Source of the DNA: Eledone cirrhosa
Lineage: Eukaryota
Direction: 5' to 3'
NCBI GenBank assembly: GCA_964016885.1
Contig: OZ024744.1
Location: 108,624,001-108,688,000, forward strand
DNA: 64,000 nucleotides
Positions 10,490-24,647 of this stretch are shown here, piece after piece. The position numbers and the translations under genes were made by a program. Each line of letters opens with the position of its first letter. Positions within the stretch are counted from its first letter, which is position 1. Under the pieces are notes generated by a model. It did no database searches, was not told the origin of the DNA, and saw only the letters and a program-made list of their open reading frames with translations.

Positions 10490-13400
10490 TGCCTACCTCA
10501 CAATTAGCCTATTCGACCAATCACACCTCAGCATGCCATTTCTTCTACTACTACTACTACCTAACTCTCTCCTCCCTCGTCCCAGCCCAACACACCCTGC
10601 CATTATTATCACCACCACTATTCTTCTAGCCCTGAAATTTTCCTACCGTTATGTATGGATGAGCTGAGAATAAATTGGAGCAACTCTGAATTAATAGATG
10701 AAATGAATATGAATCCGCGAGCTACCAAGCACCCATGTGAAGCCCCAATCCAGAGAGAGGAAGCACACACACACGCCTGCAAAAATCGACCCTCCCCTAC
10801 GAGTGTCGACAAATACCCAAAACTCCGAGTTGGTACCATCAATGTAAGCACAATGAAAGGAAGAGCAGGAGAAATCGTAGAGATGCTAGAGCGAAAGGAA
10901 ATTGATGTATGCTGTGTGCAAGAGACTAGATGGAGAGGAGAGTCTGCTAGAGTCCTTGTAGGAAAAAGTCAGTGCTACAAATTTTTCTGGGTGGGAAATG
11001 ACGATGGGATGTGTGGTGTAGGTATACAACTAGCTGACAAGTGGGTAGATAAAGTAATCTCAGTGTACAGGGTAACTCAGCCTAGTCCTAAATAAAACAA
11101 TTACGCACCCCAATCTGGGTTGCCAGACGAACTTAAGGATAGATTTTACGAGTCCCTAATGCACACTACTGCTCTAACAAACGACAATGACTTCCTAATC
11201 ATCGCAGGAGATTTTAACGGACACGTAGGTAAACACTGTGACGGCTTCAATAGAGTCCATGGAGGCCATGGGGTTGGCACAAGAAATGAAGAAGGATTCA
11301 GACTTCTAGAATTCTGCGACGCCAATGACATGTCGATATGTAACACAAACTTCAAAAAACCCGACAACCACCTGATCACCTATAGATCAGGGGAGCATTC
11401 TAGTCAGATAGATTTTATCCTCATCAGAAGACGTGACAGATGGACGGTCGTAAACACAAAAGCCTACCCTAGTGAGGAATGTTGTCAGCGACCTCACGGT
11501 CAGAACTAGACAAACCTGGAAATAGAGGCCAACCTGGAGAGGAAATATCTGGAAGCTGAAAGACCCCTCAGCCACTAACAGATTTAAAGATATTTTACTC
11601 AATGCCTACGACAGTAAAGAAGAACAGATAGAGACATTCAATGTAGAAGAGCACTGGGAGTTCCTAAAAAATAACTTACTAGAGGCGACGGATGAGGTCT
11701 ATGGCTTGAGTAAGACCACAAGCAGGAGGAGAGTGACTTGGTGGTGGAACAATAAGGTAGATGAGGCAGTTAAGGCCAAGAGACAGGCATGGAAAGAATG
11801 GAAGAACGAGGGGAGCAGGGTACATTACATAGAGACCAAGAGGGAAGCTAGGCGACAAGTATACTAGCTAGGAGGGAAGCAGAGGATAGAAAATTCAAGC
11901 ATGTTTTGCAACGTGAGGACCAGAAACAGGAGGTGTTCAAGATTGCGAGGCAGTGTGTCAGAGAGAATTGTGATGTCATTGGAGAGAAGTGTATCCGGAA
12001 TGATAAAGGTCAGTTTGCCCTCACAAGTTCTGAGAAGAAAGACGCAGGGAAGAGCCATGATGATAGATTACTAAATGAGGAGAATGCATGGGAAGAAGAG
12101 GCCCTACTCCAAGTAGACCCTATAGAGGGGCCAGCAGTACAAGTCAGCAGCAGCGTAATAAGTAAGGCAATCAAAGATATGAAGATGGGGAAGGCAACCG
12201 GTCCATCGGGTATAGCTGCCGAGATGCTGAAGGCATCTGGGTCTGTAGGTCACACTATAACCACACGTATTGTTAACCAGGTAATACTAGAAGGTGCCAT
12301 ACCAAAAGATTGGTGCAGTAGCATCATTGTCAACTGCTACAAAGGTAAAGGTGATGCACTAGATAGAGGAAACTATAGAGGTATAAAGCTGATGGACCAG
12401 GTCATGAAAGTAATAGAAAGAGTTATAGCACAGTTGATTAGGGATCGGGTGAAAATAGATGAGATGCAATTTGGGTTTGTACCAGGAAGAGGCACCACTG
12501 ATGCCCTCTTCCTTGTGAGGCAGTTACAGGAAAAGTACCTAGCTAAAAGTAAGCCACTCTACTTGGCATTTGTCGACCTTGAGAAAGCCTTTGACAGAGT
12601 TCCACGTGCTGTAATCTGGTGGGCTGTTAGAAAACTAGGAGTAGATGAATGGCTTGTGAAAGCTGTACAAGCCATGTATAGGGGAGAAGTCAGCAAAGTT
12701 AGGATTAGCAATGAGTATAGCGAGGAATTTAGCATACAGGTCGGTGTCCACCAGGGCTCTTTTCTTAGCCCTCTCTTGTTCATCATAGTCCTGCAGGCAA
12801 TAACGGAGGAGTTTAAGACCGGATGCCCATGGGAACTCCTGTATGCTGATGACCTCGCACTTATAGCTGAATCTATGGTAGAACTAGAGAAGAAATTCCA
12901 AACTTGGAAGCAGGGACTAGAAAGAAAGGGTCTCAAAGTCAACATGACAAAGACTAAGGTCCTTGTAAGTAGACGAGAAAACAGAACCTAGATCCCCTCA
13001 GGGAAATGGCCTTGCTCAGTATGTAGGAAAGGTGTAGGTAGGAACTCCATTATCTGCCCCAAATGCAAACAATGGGTACACAAGAGATGTAGCGGGATCT
13101 CAGGAAGCTTAATTAAGAATGTAGGCTTCACATGCAGCAGCTATGCTGGGACAGCAAGCAGCAAACAGCCACAGGAAACAAGTACCACCAATCTCTGGGA
13201 GGGCTCTGTAGAAACAGTAGACAGCTTCTGCTACCTAGGTGACCGAATTAGCAGCGGAGGTGGGTGTTCAGAAAGTACAATAACTAGGGTAAGAACGGGA
13301 TGAAAGAAGTTCAGGGAACTACTGCCACTGCTAGCTGCAAAAGGCTTCTCTCTGAAAATGAAAGGCAGACTGTATGATGCGTGTATCCGAACAGCAATGT

Positions 13401-14120
13401 TACATGGTAGTGAGACCTGGGCGCTGAAGGTGGAAGACTTACGTAGATTAGAAAGAAACGAAGCTTGCATGCTCCGATGGATGTGTAATAGTAATATACG
13501 TGAACGACAAAGCATAAATGAATTGAGAGAGAGACTGAGCATAAGAGGAATCAAATGCTGTGTGCAGGGGAGGCGGTTGCGTTGGTTTGGACATGTGATG
13601 CGTATGAAGGATGACAGCTGCATAAAAAAGTGCAGAGCACTAGAAGTCAATGGAAACCGCGGAGTGGGGAGACCCAAGAAGACCTGGGATGAGGTGATAA
13701 AAGCTGACCTTACCCAATTACACCTCTCAAAGGCGATGACACACGACCGTGACCTCTGGCGTCACGCAGTAATACAGAGTACCCGACCTCCCATGGGTAC
13801 AAGCTGAAGCATATAAACAATATGCCCCCCCCCCCCCCACTGCAAGGTGGTCGTGGAGGTGCCACGGCAAAAAATCACCCAGCCCATATTGTAAAGTGGA
13901 CGTGTAGGCGCCACGGAAAAAGCACCCAGCACTCACTGTAAATGAGGTTGGTGTTAGGAAGGGCATCCAGCTGTAGAAATCAAGCCAAAATCAGTTCCTG
14001 TATGAGCAAGGCATGGTCAGCCGACCGGACACTGCCCACAACAGGACAACCCGTCTAACACATGCTAGCATGGAAGAACGGACGTAAAACGGTGATGATG
14101 ATGATGATGATGATGATGAT
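10490..14120 (+). mobile_element. RTE-clade LINE, near full length, decayed
   Basis: APE and RT remnants; 3' end ..gcatggaagaacggacgtaaaacgg followed by a (GAT)n tail. Confidence 0.93.
10655..13807 (+). pseudogene. RTE APE-RT ORF with PHD-like finger; stops and frameshifts
   Basis: VGTINVSTM, CVQETRW, GDFNGHVG, QIDFIL; NYRGIKL, FVDLEKAFDRV, HQGSFLSPLLF, YADDL; RRLRWFGHVMR, GRPKKTW. Confidence 0.92.
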
Positions 14121-14124
14121 GTAT

Positions 14125-15001
14125 ATGTATATATATAACATTAAGTATGTGTGTGTGTATCTGCGTGTCTGTGTATTACCTATAGGGGCCTACATCTTAC
14201 GACCGATTTTCATGAAACTTTACAGGCTCATAGATTAGTCATCGGAGAGTGTTTTCTATATATCAGCGTATCGCTTTTTTCATTCCGGGGTCATTCTGCA
14301 GATAAAAATCGATGGGGGGGGGGGGGGGGGGGGGGGGTCACCTTTTTTTTTTAGGTATCGAAAAATAAGATTTTTGGTTCTAGCTCCCACATTTTGCCAC
14401 CGATTTGTTTCAAATTTTAAAACAAATAATGTAATGGCTTTATATTTTGCATTTGTTGTTCAGGGACGGCGTGGCAGCCGCTTAAATATTCAAAAATATC
14501 ACTTTCAAACTCAAATTTCCCCTTTTTCGGCTCTAGCTCCCACATTTATCAACCTACTTTGTTCAAATTGTGGCTTTACATTTTGGATTTTTTCGTTTAG
14601 GAACGGCGTGGCAGCCGCTTAAATATTCGAAAATACCATCTTTTCGGCTCTAGCTCCCACATTTTTCAACTGATTTCGTTCAAATTCGAAACTTCAGCTC
14701 CACTTCACACATAAATCAATTTATTTGGTTCAACTTGTATACTACAATAGAACCTATCATTGCTTATAGTAGCTTTACACTTTGCATTTTTTTTTATTCA
14801 GGGACGGCGTGGCAGCCGTTTAACTCTTCAAAATACGATTTTTTCCACCTTCCACATATTCCATACGATTTCACTCAACATTTCGCCATTTGCTACACTT
14901 TACTACCGAATTTCAAGAAACTCGCAGTCGCTAAGATCACCACCTTTTCATCAAAGCAGAAATTATTTTACCTACTCAGGCAACGCTGGGTACTGCTGCT
15001 A

Positions 15002-15002
<1 letters not shown>
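14125..15002 (+). mobile_element. Non-autonomous Helitron
   Basis: Internal ccgattttcatgaaactt motif shared with 57943-61446; internal repeats; 3' ggcaacgctgggtactgctgCTAG-T. Confidence 0.75.
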
Positions 15003-15056
<54 letters not shown>

Positions 15057-15319
15057 TACACATACATCTACATACATATGTTTCTTTCTTTCTCTCTCTT
15101 CGCTATCACCTCTTATTTGTCTTTCCTTTCCCTCCTAACTTGTTGATAATAGGTTGGTTATGGGCACGCTACGGATAGATGTATTGTCTATAATGTGCTG
15201 AAATATCCGTGACCCGTAGTAGACAAGTGATGAATAGGAAATGTCTATTGTTCTCCAATCTCCTCGAAGCGCCATGTGACAACTGGCAACAGGACGGCAG
15301 TATTCCCAGTTCTGCGAGC

Positions 15320-17450
15320 CGGTAGTGACGCTGATAAGGAAAGACGAGAACAAGAGGGATACGTTAGACAGGCCCATAACTCTGCTCAACACAGAGTTTA
15401 AGATTTTGACCAAGGTGTTAGCGAAGAGGTTGGCGCTTGTGTCGAGGATTTGGTAGGAGAGGCGCAAAATTGCACAATCCCGACCAGATCTATACATGAC
15501 AACCTCCACCTCATGCGATACACCATAGATAGGGTAGGGTATAAACCTAGCTTTGGTGGGGCTCTGATCAATTTATATTAATCGAAAGCTTTTGATACGG
15601 TCGACCATCAATACTTGGAGACTGTCCTCAAGGCAACCGGTCTCGGTCCCATCTTCAGAGGCTGGATCGCTGCAATGCGCAGCGGCATCTGCTCTGTGTT
15701 CAAAGTTAATGGCTATCTTTCATAACCTTTTCAAATCGGTCCGTCAAGGGTGCCCCCTCCTCTCTTCTGTAACGTTTTGACACTCGAGTCTTTACCGCGG
15801 AAGCTAAAGCTGTTGCCGGCCATCCCACTTGAACCGCGATGCGAAAAGGCTGTATCGGCTTATGAGGACGACATCACCATGATGGTGTCGGACACCTCGG
15901 AAATCGAGGTGGTCCGAAACTTATTGGAGGAATATGAAAGGTTGACGGGAGCGAAACTTAACCCGCAAAAGTCGGTGGGCTTGCAACTTGGCACCTGGAG
16001 AGGCAAGTCCATGCCATCCAACAGCGTGGTCAAGCGCTGGACGTACGGACTGGCAAAGTTGCTCGGGGTTTATTTCGGACCAGACATCCAGGTAGATAAG
16101 AATTGGGATGATGTGACGATCAGGGTAGCCAATCCCACCCACAAATGAGCCGAGAGGAAGCTATCCCTGAAAGGTCGGGCGAAGGTGGCTAAGGGCTGCA
16201 TCGCGTCTGTCATCTACTATCACCTGACCATCGTGCCTTGCCTCCGTTTGCGCTTTGCCAAATTGGAAGGACTCCTCTTCAGCTTCGTGTGGAGGGGACA
16301 GGTTCCGTTGGTGAGGTGGTCGATCTGCTGCCAGCAAGCTCTACATGGAGGGTTTTGCATGCCGTGGCTAATGATATTCTGCCTAAACGGTGAACAGGTG
16401 TGGCCACCGTTTGTCCGACCATTTTCGCAGCTTGTCTCTTTGATTGAGCTGCAGTCCTCGGTCAAGAAAAGACCAAGACTGGGTGACTGGCATCTGGAAT
16501 ATTGCCAGGCACTCACTGCCCTCTACCAGGTGGGAAATGCAGTCAGTGGAACTTCCACTCTCGAGTTCTATAGAGGATTAGTGGTGGGCAAGTACAATGA
16601 CGCACTTGGAGAGGCTCTGGGCATTGACGAAGTCGAACTGACCAGTCTGTTCCGGAGGACTTTCGAGCTGGGGATGATGGATAACTTCCAGAAATCCCTC
16701 GCTTGGCAGTGCTACCGGGGGGCACTGCTGGTTCGAGATAAACTCTACATCCACGGAAGTGCTGTCAGACGGACCTGCCCGAGATGCCCACAGAGCGACG
16801 AAACCGTTCTGCACGCACTCGTCCAGTGTCCGAGCAATACTGACTTGTGGAGTTAAGTCAAGCAGTTGTTGTTGCATGTAGAATGGATCCGGCTATCAAC
16901 CGAGTTCATAGTGACGATCGACCCGCCGCCTTCTTTTGGCCAGGAAGGGCAGGCAATTTTCCTCTGTCTGGTGGCAGTTGCGAAAGAGATTATATGGTGG
17001 ACCAGGTTTAAAGGACTGAAGACAGACACTTTTCTCTTCGGCCAATCCCTCATCAACCTTTTCAAATTTCACTTGGAGAGGAAGGTGAGGGTGGAGAGAG
17101 AAGTGCCCCCCCCCCCCCCAGTACATTTGCTCAAAGGTGGGTGAATGTGGCGAGAATGGCCCATGTGAGTGGGCCTACTCTGACTATTCACCTGTAGACT
17201 GGTGGATTTGAGGACGAGAGGGGTGCCCTTTCCGTGTGCCCTTGAAGCATTGTGTGGTTCAGGATTGGTGTTGCATCTGAGTTGCCCCTGGGTGGTTCAC
17301 CCCTATTAGAGAATTTATATTGTTATATATTCTATTTTTATATTTTTTTCATTGTTATTGGGTATTTTCACTCAATTTTATTGTAAACCCCCACTGTCCC
17401 AGTCTTTGAATTGTCCCCTATATGTCGACCCTTGTGACCAATAAATGAAA
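15320..17450 (+). mobile_element. 5'-truncated, decayed Tx1/L1-type element
   Basis: RPITLLNTE, RQGCPL, AYEDD, C-terminal CPRC..ETVLHALVQC; paralogous to 27611-29546; ends gtgaccaataaa. Confidence 0.9.
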
Positions 17451-17454
17451 TCAT

Positions 17455-20400
17455 TATTATTATTTTATTGTTATTTGATGTCACAGTCATTGATGTTATT
17501 CAACCGGAATAATTGCTCTAATGAATATCGAGCTGCTTCTCGCAGCCTCAGATATTCAGGACATATCGGAGGGTCCTTGCCGTTCCAAGTAGACATGCCT
17601 TTTGAAGTGTTCCAAAACAGGGGGGGGGGTCGGCTGATGATCTTTAGCCAGTCTTGGAAACTCTTCGAGATAGTACCCAGTGCTCCCATGACGATGGAGA
17701 CAACCTTAATCTTATGACAGTTCCGAATCCTTTTCAGTTCCCACTTTATCCTGGTGCTGGTTAATTTTTTCCTGTACTTTTGTGTCGAAGGGTCAAGCTA
17801 CATATATAATCAAGCACAAACTGTTTTCTTTGTCAAAGACCACCAAGTCAAGTCTATTGTGTTGTAATTCTTTATCAGTTTGTATCTTGAGATTCCATAA
17901 CACCTTCAAGCGGTCGTTTTCCATCACCGACTATGGCTTATGTCCATACCACCTCTCAGTGTGGGGTAAATCGGTCAAATTACAAAAATGCCAGTGGATC
18001 ATTTTTCCTATAATATCATGCCTCCACCCTTTATAGTGAGTCTGGGCTACGTGTTTACACTCGGTTACAATGTGAGCCACAGTCTCCTCTCTCTCTACAC
18101 ACACAGATCCTACATAGTGCGCCAGCCTCCTCCTTGTCAATATGGCGTTTCACCCACTGCGTTCTGAGGGCTTGCTCTTGTGCAGCCATTAGCATTCCTT
18201 CTGTAGCTTTTTTAAGGTCTCCTCTTTTTAACCAGTTCCATGTCTGTGGATCTCTGAATTCCGTTTTCTTAAAGGTGCTATGAAGGGATTTTTCATGAAG
18301 GCTGTTCTTTCTCTTTGTTGTTATTTCCTCCTTGGCCAAACCTGGTCTATTATCTTCTCCTTCAGTACAACTTTGAGCATTGGCTCCCTACTGTCAGACA
18401 CATTTGATGGAGACTGTTTTTCTCCATCTGAACACAGTCTTCTATGCTGATAAGACCTCTTCCACCTTCAGATCTCTTTAAGTAGAGTCTATCGACATCA
18501 CTTCTCTTGTGGAACATGTTGTAGATAGTCAATAGCTTCCTAGTCTTCCTATCCATTTCTTTTGTTCAGCAACATTCCATTTCAGAATTCCCGCACTGTA
18601 CCTAATAATAGACACAGCTCGGGAATTTACTGCACTTATGACATTCCAACTGTTCAGATGTGACTTTAATACGCTCCTTACTCTCCTTATGTATTCAGAT
18701 CTTATCAATTCTTTCATTCTTTTGTTCCTGATGTGATCTGCCTCCAGAACACCCAAATATTGGTATCCCTCTTCAGTGTCAATTTCCTTTATCATCTCAC
18801 CTGTTGGTACCTGGATTCCGTTGCTTCTGCTCAATTTACCCTTCTTCATCACTAGGACTCCACACTTATTAATACCAAATTCCATACATATATCATTGCT
18901 GAAAATAAGGACAGTGTTAGCAAGTACATCCAACTCCTTCTCACTTTTCCTAAAGAGTTTTAGATCGTCCATAAAGAGGAGGTGGTTGATGGTAAGCTCT
19001 TCTCTTCCCAGCTTGTATCACTTTTCACAGTATGAGGGACAAGGGTCTGACGGTAAGGACAAATAACAAAGGGGACAAACTATCTCCCTGGAAGATACCT
19101 CTCTTGATCTTCACGCCTCCCAAGGATTCTCCACCCAATGTTAGCTCTGTTTCCCAGGACTTCATATTTTTACTTAATAGCTGTCTGATGTTGTCTGCCA
19201 CCTTGAAGATCTCTAGGCTTTTGGTTATCCAAGAATGAGGTAGCATGTCAAATGCCTTCTTTTAATCTATCCATCCCATGGCAAGCCTAGTATGCCTCCT
19301 CTTGCAATTCCTTATTACCATCTTATCAATAAGTAACTGGTCTTTTGAACCATGGGACTTCTTTCGGCATCCTTTCTGTTCGTCCGGTAATAAGTTGTTT
19401 ATAGTAGATTTCCTCAGACACAATGCTTGTGAACAGTTTCCACATTACGGACAGACATAGCTCTATAGTTGGTAACATCATTACCCTTGATTCGGTCTCT
19501 CATTACCAGAACTGTGGTACTTTTTGTCAACCACTCTGGTACTTCATCCGACACCAAGCATGGTTGTCAGTTTTGGGTGGAGGGATATTATATTTTTTAA
19601 CCAATATCCTTGCACACCATCTGGGCCTGGTGATTTCCAGATGGTTAGTTTATTGGCCTGCTTTTTAAGAGTATCAACTGTGATACTCAAATCAGGTTGT
19701 TGATGTGCTTGTTCACTAATCTCCTTTTGAACTGTTTCAATCCACACTGCCTGACTATTATGTTCAACATCCTGCCCCCATATTCCTCTCAGGGATCACG
19801 TCATTACCCCTTTCTTTCCCTTCAAGCTGTTCAAACAGCATCTTCTGGTTGTTGTCAAACATGCGGTTCTGTCTATACTGACTAACTCTGTTCTCATACC
19901 GCCTAATCTTTGCACTTTTTGCTACAATGCGTTGCTTCAGTTCCTCTATGATAACATTTAGCCCTTTTCCCCTAGTGTTGTATTTTATTTTCAATCTATC
20001 TTTAGTGTCTATGTTTTGTAATGTCCCATTCAGTAAAGACTTAAGCTTTCCAATGTCTTTTCTCATTTCCTTGATTTGACCATTCAGTCGTTTCTTCCAC
20101 CAAGGTTCTGATCTTTCTTGTTTGTTATTTACTCTCGTTTTTGTACCAAGTCATTTTTTCACTACATTTTTGGTTGCTTTGATGAAGGTTCCTCGCCTCA
20201 AGGTATGGGATGACTTTGTTTACCTTAGCTGTCGTTTCTTTTAACTTTTTCCTGTCTACAAATTTTAGGTTCATAGGTTTTCCACTATCATTGTTCATTT
20301 CATCTACCACTAAGTTCAGGATATCAACCAAATCTTGTCCTAGCCCGTCAGCATTCATCTCCTCAATGGCCGTATCTTTTTTCCAGATGTTATTTATTTC

Positions 20401-20845
20401 AGCATTCAGATCATTGTTTGCTTCGGATGGTTCCTCAGGTCTCTCAACTTCTTCACCTTCATTTCCCACTGGCTCATTTGCCTGATATACTCCACTCTCC
20501 ATTTCCAACTTAATCTCTCTGCTCAGTTCCTCCAGTTCCAACTCGCTTATCCATCCATTAGTTCTTATTACCCGAGCCAGCCCGGCCAATTTTTGTTCAC
20601 CTAATTTAAATAGACCAATCTCGTTCCAGATGTTATGCATCCGTTTCTTATAGCCTTTTTCCATGGGGTTAATCTTCAGATAACATTTTATGACAGTTCT
20701 ATTCAATTCTTCCGTCCAGTTGGTTCTTGTCCCATTCCTTCTTCTTCCAGCAGTATTTGGATGACAGCCAGGTCCCTGCCGCTGGGCCAGGGAGCACTTG
20801 CTGTGTGATGAGTCTTTCAGGTGACGTTCCAGTCTCCTTTTCACC
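17455..20845 (-). mobile_element. R4/Dong-clade non-LTR retrotransposon, decayed
   Basis: N-terminal NWTEELN..GYKKRMHNIW, KSPGPDGVQGYWLK, RGIFQGDSLSPLLF, MDDLKL, GGRGL, CRIC/ETVAHIVTEC and RLE remnant; ends in (TAA)n. Confidence 0.88.
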
Positions 20846-21090
20846 GTTATTTGAACTATTTAGGTTCGACATTTAAACACTCATATAGAGTATTAGTGAA
20901 TTTAAGGTTGCACTAGTACCAGTATTTTTATCATGACACCATCACGTTAAAAATTTAAAAAAAGATTGTTTCGGGGCAATTTATGTGACATTTATCATCA
21001 TCTTTGTGCTGTCTTTAATGTTTTTTTTAATTTGAGTTTTGTGTATAAATCATTATTATCATCATTTCGGTGTCTGACGCTCTAGCGATT

Positions 21091-21260
21091 GAGCGTCAGA
21101 CACCATGTGCAGTATAGAGTTATGGCCCTTTACGTTCTGTATTCAAATCCCACCGAGTTTAACTTTGCTTTTCAATCTTACGGAGTCGATCAAATAAAGT
21201 ACCAGTAATGTACTGAGGTAATTACTGGCCTTGTGCCTAAAGTAGAAACAATTATTATCA
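21091..21260 (+). mobile_element. SINE copy (5' end forms a 14-bp hairpin, 21069-21103)
   Basis: Homology to 9645-9836. Confidence 0.8.
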
Positions 21261-21599
21261 ATAAATCATTATTAACATCATTTTCATTTTTCATTAGTAG
21301 TGGTGGTGGTGGTGATGGCGGTGGTGGGAGGTGGGGTGGGTGTCAATGTAACTGTTTGAATGCCTCTGGCTGTGTTTTTTTGTTGTTGTTATATTCTCTT
21401 TTTTTTTTCCAAGTCAGTAAGATCGCTCTATAAATAGATTGACGTCACCTTACTTAAGTCAGTGTTGTTGTTGTTGTTACTGATGCTGTTTTTTTTTTGT
21501 TTTGTTTTTAGCGTGACCCCATGATGTAAAAAAAAAAAAAGAAAAAAGAAGTTTGACATTTATCTGTGCTGTTTTTAATGTTTTCTTAATGTGTGTCCT

Positions 21600-21781
21600 G
21601 GTAGTATCTGTAGAGAGTTGGACGCCATATTTTGCAGCATAGAATCATGGCCCTTTACGGCCTCAGTTCAAATCCCACCGAGGTTTACTTTGCCTTTCCT
21701 CCTTACGGGATCGATAAAATAAAGTACCAGTAATGCACTGGAATAATTGCCGGCCTTGTGCCAAAAGTAGAAGCAATTATC
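21600..21781 (+). mobile_element. SINE copy
   Basis: Homology to 9645-9836. Confidence 0.85.
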
Positions 21782-21804
21782 ATCAGCATCTTTATTATTA
21801 ACAA

Positions 21805-22350
21805 ATAGATGAGGTACCCAGCTTTGCCCGGGTAAACAGATGATAAGTTAAGACAGGTAGAAGAGAAAATGACTGTATTGGATGTTTGTCTGATTTACAG
21901 TATGAGGCGAGACCGTGGTGTGTGTGTTACAAAAAAAAAAGAGTAAAAATATCTTCCAGATACACCAGATTCTTCGTTTTACTGTTCCTGCATAATATAT
22001 GAAGACTTCTAGGTGTTTCCACTTGTGAACAACCTACATATAACTGTCCATGGCTAAAAAGTGGTTCTCTTGTATTCAATTCTACAACTGTGAAACTCTG
22101 AGCCTGAACTTTATATACGAACTTAGCAAAACTGGTTCTAACAGGGAACTGAAGTCTTGAGAATTTGAATGGCAGCTCGGTAGGGGAAGGGGAAAGAGGA
22201 ATCTTGGGAATAAATGCATTTTCTCCTTGATGATTGCCTCCAAGAATAGTGACCTCTAGGAGATGGTTCATTATCCTCCTGGTTATAAAGTGTGTGTCAT
22301 TGCATAGAAGTAGCGGGTCCACGTTTCTCAAAAGGATGATGGAAGTTCCA
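21805..22350 (-). mobile_element. Helitron 3' fragment with PIF1 helicase C-terminus
   Basis: IPKIPLSP..RLQFPVR..SHGQLYVGCSQV; subterminal cccgggcaaagctggg hairpin. Confidence 0.85.
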
Positions 22351-22386
22351 ATATTTTATATATGTAGATATATATATATATAGATA

Positions 22387-22810
22387 TCTATATATATAAA
22401 ACAGAGGATGTCTGTCTGTGTGTCTGTTTCCCTAAAACTCGAGAAGTACCCAAACGTTTTTTTTAAACTTTACACATGTAACCCGTGTGGCCCTGGAAGT
22501 GTTTTGAACAAAAAAAAAATTTCAAATTATTCTGACCTACGGATCGAATTAGTGAAGTGGCCAATTTCTGTACATAATGAGGGAGTGAGAGGGGAGAGAA
22601 AGAAACGGAAAAGCGAGGTGAAGAAGTGGCTCTCTACTCCTCCTCCTCCTTCTCCCCATTCGTCTCCATTTCGATAGAGGGGAGAAATGTGAACGAGTTA
22701 CAGAGAGAAAGAGTGAGAGTGAAAGAAACAGACAGACTAAAAGAGGAGGATAGCGGGAGAGAGAGTGACAGACGCCGTCTTTTGAGAGTTGTATGCGTCA
22801 AAGATACATG
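22387..22810 (+). mobile_element. Non-autonomous Helitron, 5' portion
   Basis: TCTATATATATAAAA..tgtctgtctg..ccctaaaactcgaga start shared with 23438. Confidence 0.65.
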
Positions 22811-23437
22811 ACAGTTGAATAACTACTGCGTGTGTGTGTACGTGCGCGCGTGTGTGCGTGAGTTTGTGTGCGTTTGCATGCGTGAGTGTGTATGTGTGTG
22901 TGAGTGATTATAAACTCTCTCACATGGTCTGATGGAATTAACCCTTTAGCATTTACATTACTCTATATATACTATATTATTTTCATGGTAAAGGCTTTAT
23001 CTCACATAATATAAAAATCTCATAGATTTAATTGTTTCTTCTTTTGGCACAAGACCAGCAATTACCCAGTTCATTACTGGTACTTTATTTTGAGAACAAT
23101 ACCTTAACCCTTCAGTATTAATGTGAGTGAGTTATAAAGAGAAAGAGTGAGAGTGAAAGAAACAGACAGACTAAAAGAGGGGGATAGCGGGAGAGAGAGA
23201 GAGAGAGAGAGAGACGCTGGAAGAGGGGAAGGAAAGCTATAAGTAATTAACACGTGTGCGTGTGTGTGTGCGTGCGCGTGTGTGTGTGTGCGTCTGTGTT
23301 CGCGCAGGGTTCTATTATGAGTTAAATCTATTAACATGTGTGTGTGTGAGTTTGCGTGCGTTTCTGCCTTTGCGTGCTTCAGTGTGTGTGTACTTGCGTG
23401 TGGCGTTTCATTTACGCCATTTTTGTCACTGACAACA

Positions 23438-23884
23438 TCTCTATATATATAAAACAGAGAATGTCTGTCTGTCTGACTCCCTAAAACTCGAGAACCACCC
23501 AACCGACTGTTTTCAAACTTTACACATGTAATACTTATGGTCCTATGAGTGTTTTGAGCTAAATATATTTCAAATTTTCAATGCCCGAGAGACCGCATTA
23601 GGCGATTTAACGATCTCTCTCTATAATTCTTAGTCTTTCTCTTTTTAGATAGATATATAGATATAACGTTGCGCCCTTATAATATCTGTCTGTATGTCTG
23701 GCTGTCTGCATTACAACATTATGACGCTATATGTGTGTGTGTATATGTATATATAGTGTGTGTGTATATATATATATATAGTGTGTAACGTTTTTCGAAA
23801 TATTTACTTCTGCGTTCACAGATTGATTGTTTTAGTTTCAGAAGGGTGAAAGCAGCGATTCTTTGCTTAAACTTTAATCTGTTA

Positions 23885-23932
<48 letters not shown>

Positions 23933-24209
23933 TATATTCGTGTACAGATATGTTTGCATACACAATAATAAAATATAAACAAACGTATTTATTTCACGAG
24001 GCTCAACAGCAGCAAAAGCAACAACAAAAAAGAGATACTTTTGAAAAAACTTAATGGAAAATTATTTGCCTATTCACCCAAGGCGACTTCACTTTTTATT
24101 AGGACTTCTTCATCAATTGGTAAACATACGACGAAACTGTTTCAGAAAAGAGGGATAAACATGCCAATCTATGTTTAGAATCCCGAGCAACGCCGGGCCA
24201 TTCTGCTAG
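23438..24209 (+). mobile_element. Non-autonomous Helitron with a nested family-A fragment
   Basis: 5' TCTCTATATATATAAAA; 3' cccgagcaacgccggg hairpin then CTAG-T. Confidence 0.75.
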
Positions 24210-24250
24210 TATATATATATATATTAATAGATATACATAATTGTATATAA

Positions 24251-24328
<78 letters not shown>

Positions 24329-24647
24329 ATGCGCGCGCGAGCGCGTGTGCGTGTGTGGGTGTGCGTGTGTGCGTATGTGTGTGTGTAAACCAGCGTCAGA
24401 ATCGTGTATGTAATTCTCTATGTATCTGATTAAGTATTTACGTGAAGATGCGTGTGTATGTAAATGTAACTTACTAAGGTGTAACATACGTTACGAACGC
24501 TCAAACACACACACACACTCACAGACACATACACACTCATATACACAAGTTGACGTCATCGTTGTGTCATAAAATATGTTTACTTTTTTTTTTAAAACTT
24601 TAACTTTTATATATTTATTCTTTACACAAAATAAAGAATCATTATGA

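Noticed and set aside
17455-17560. R4 element as the SINE's partner LINE
   Set aside because: No 3' sequence similarity seen; sense-strand tails differ ((TAA)n versus (TTA)n).
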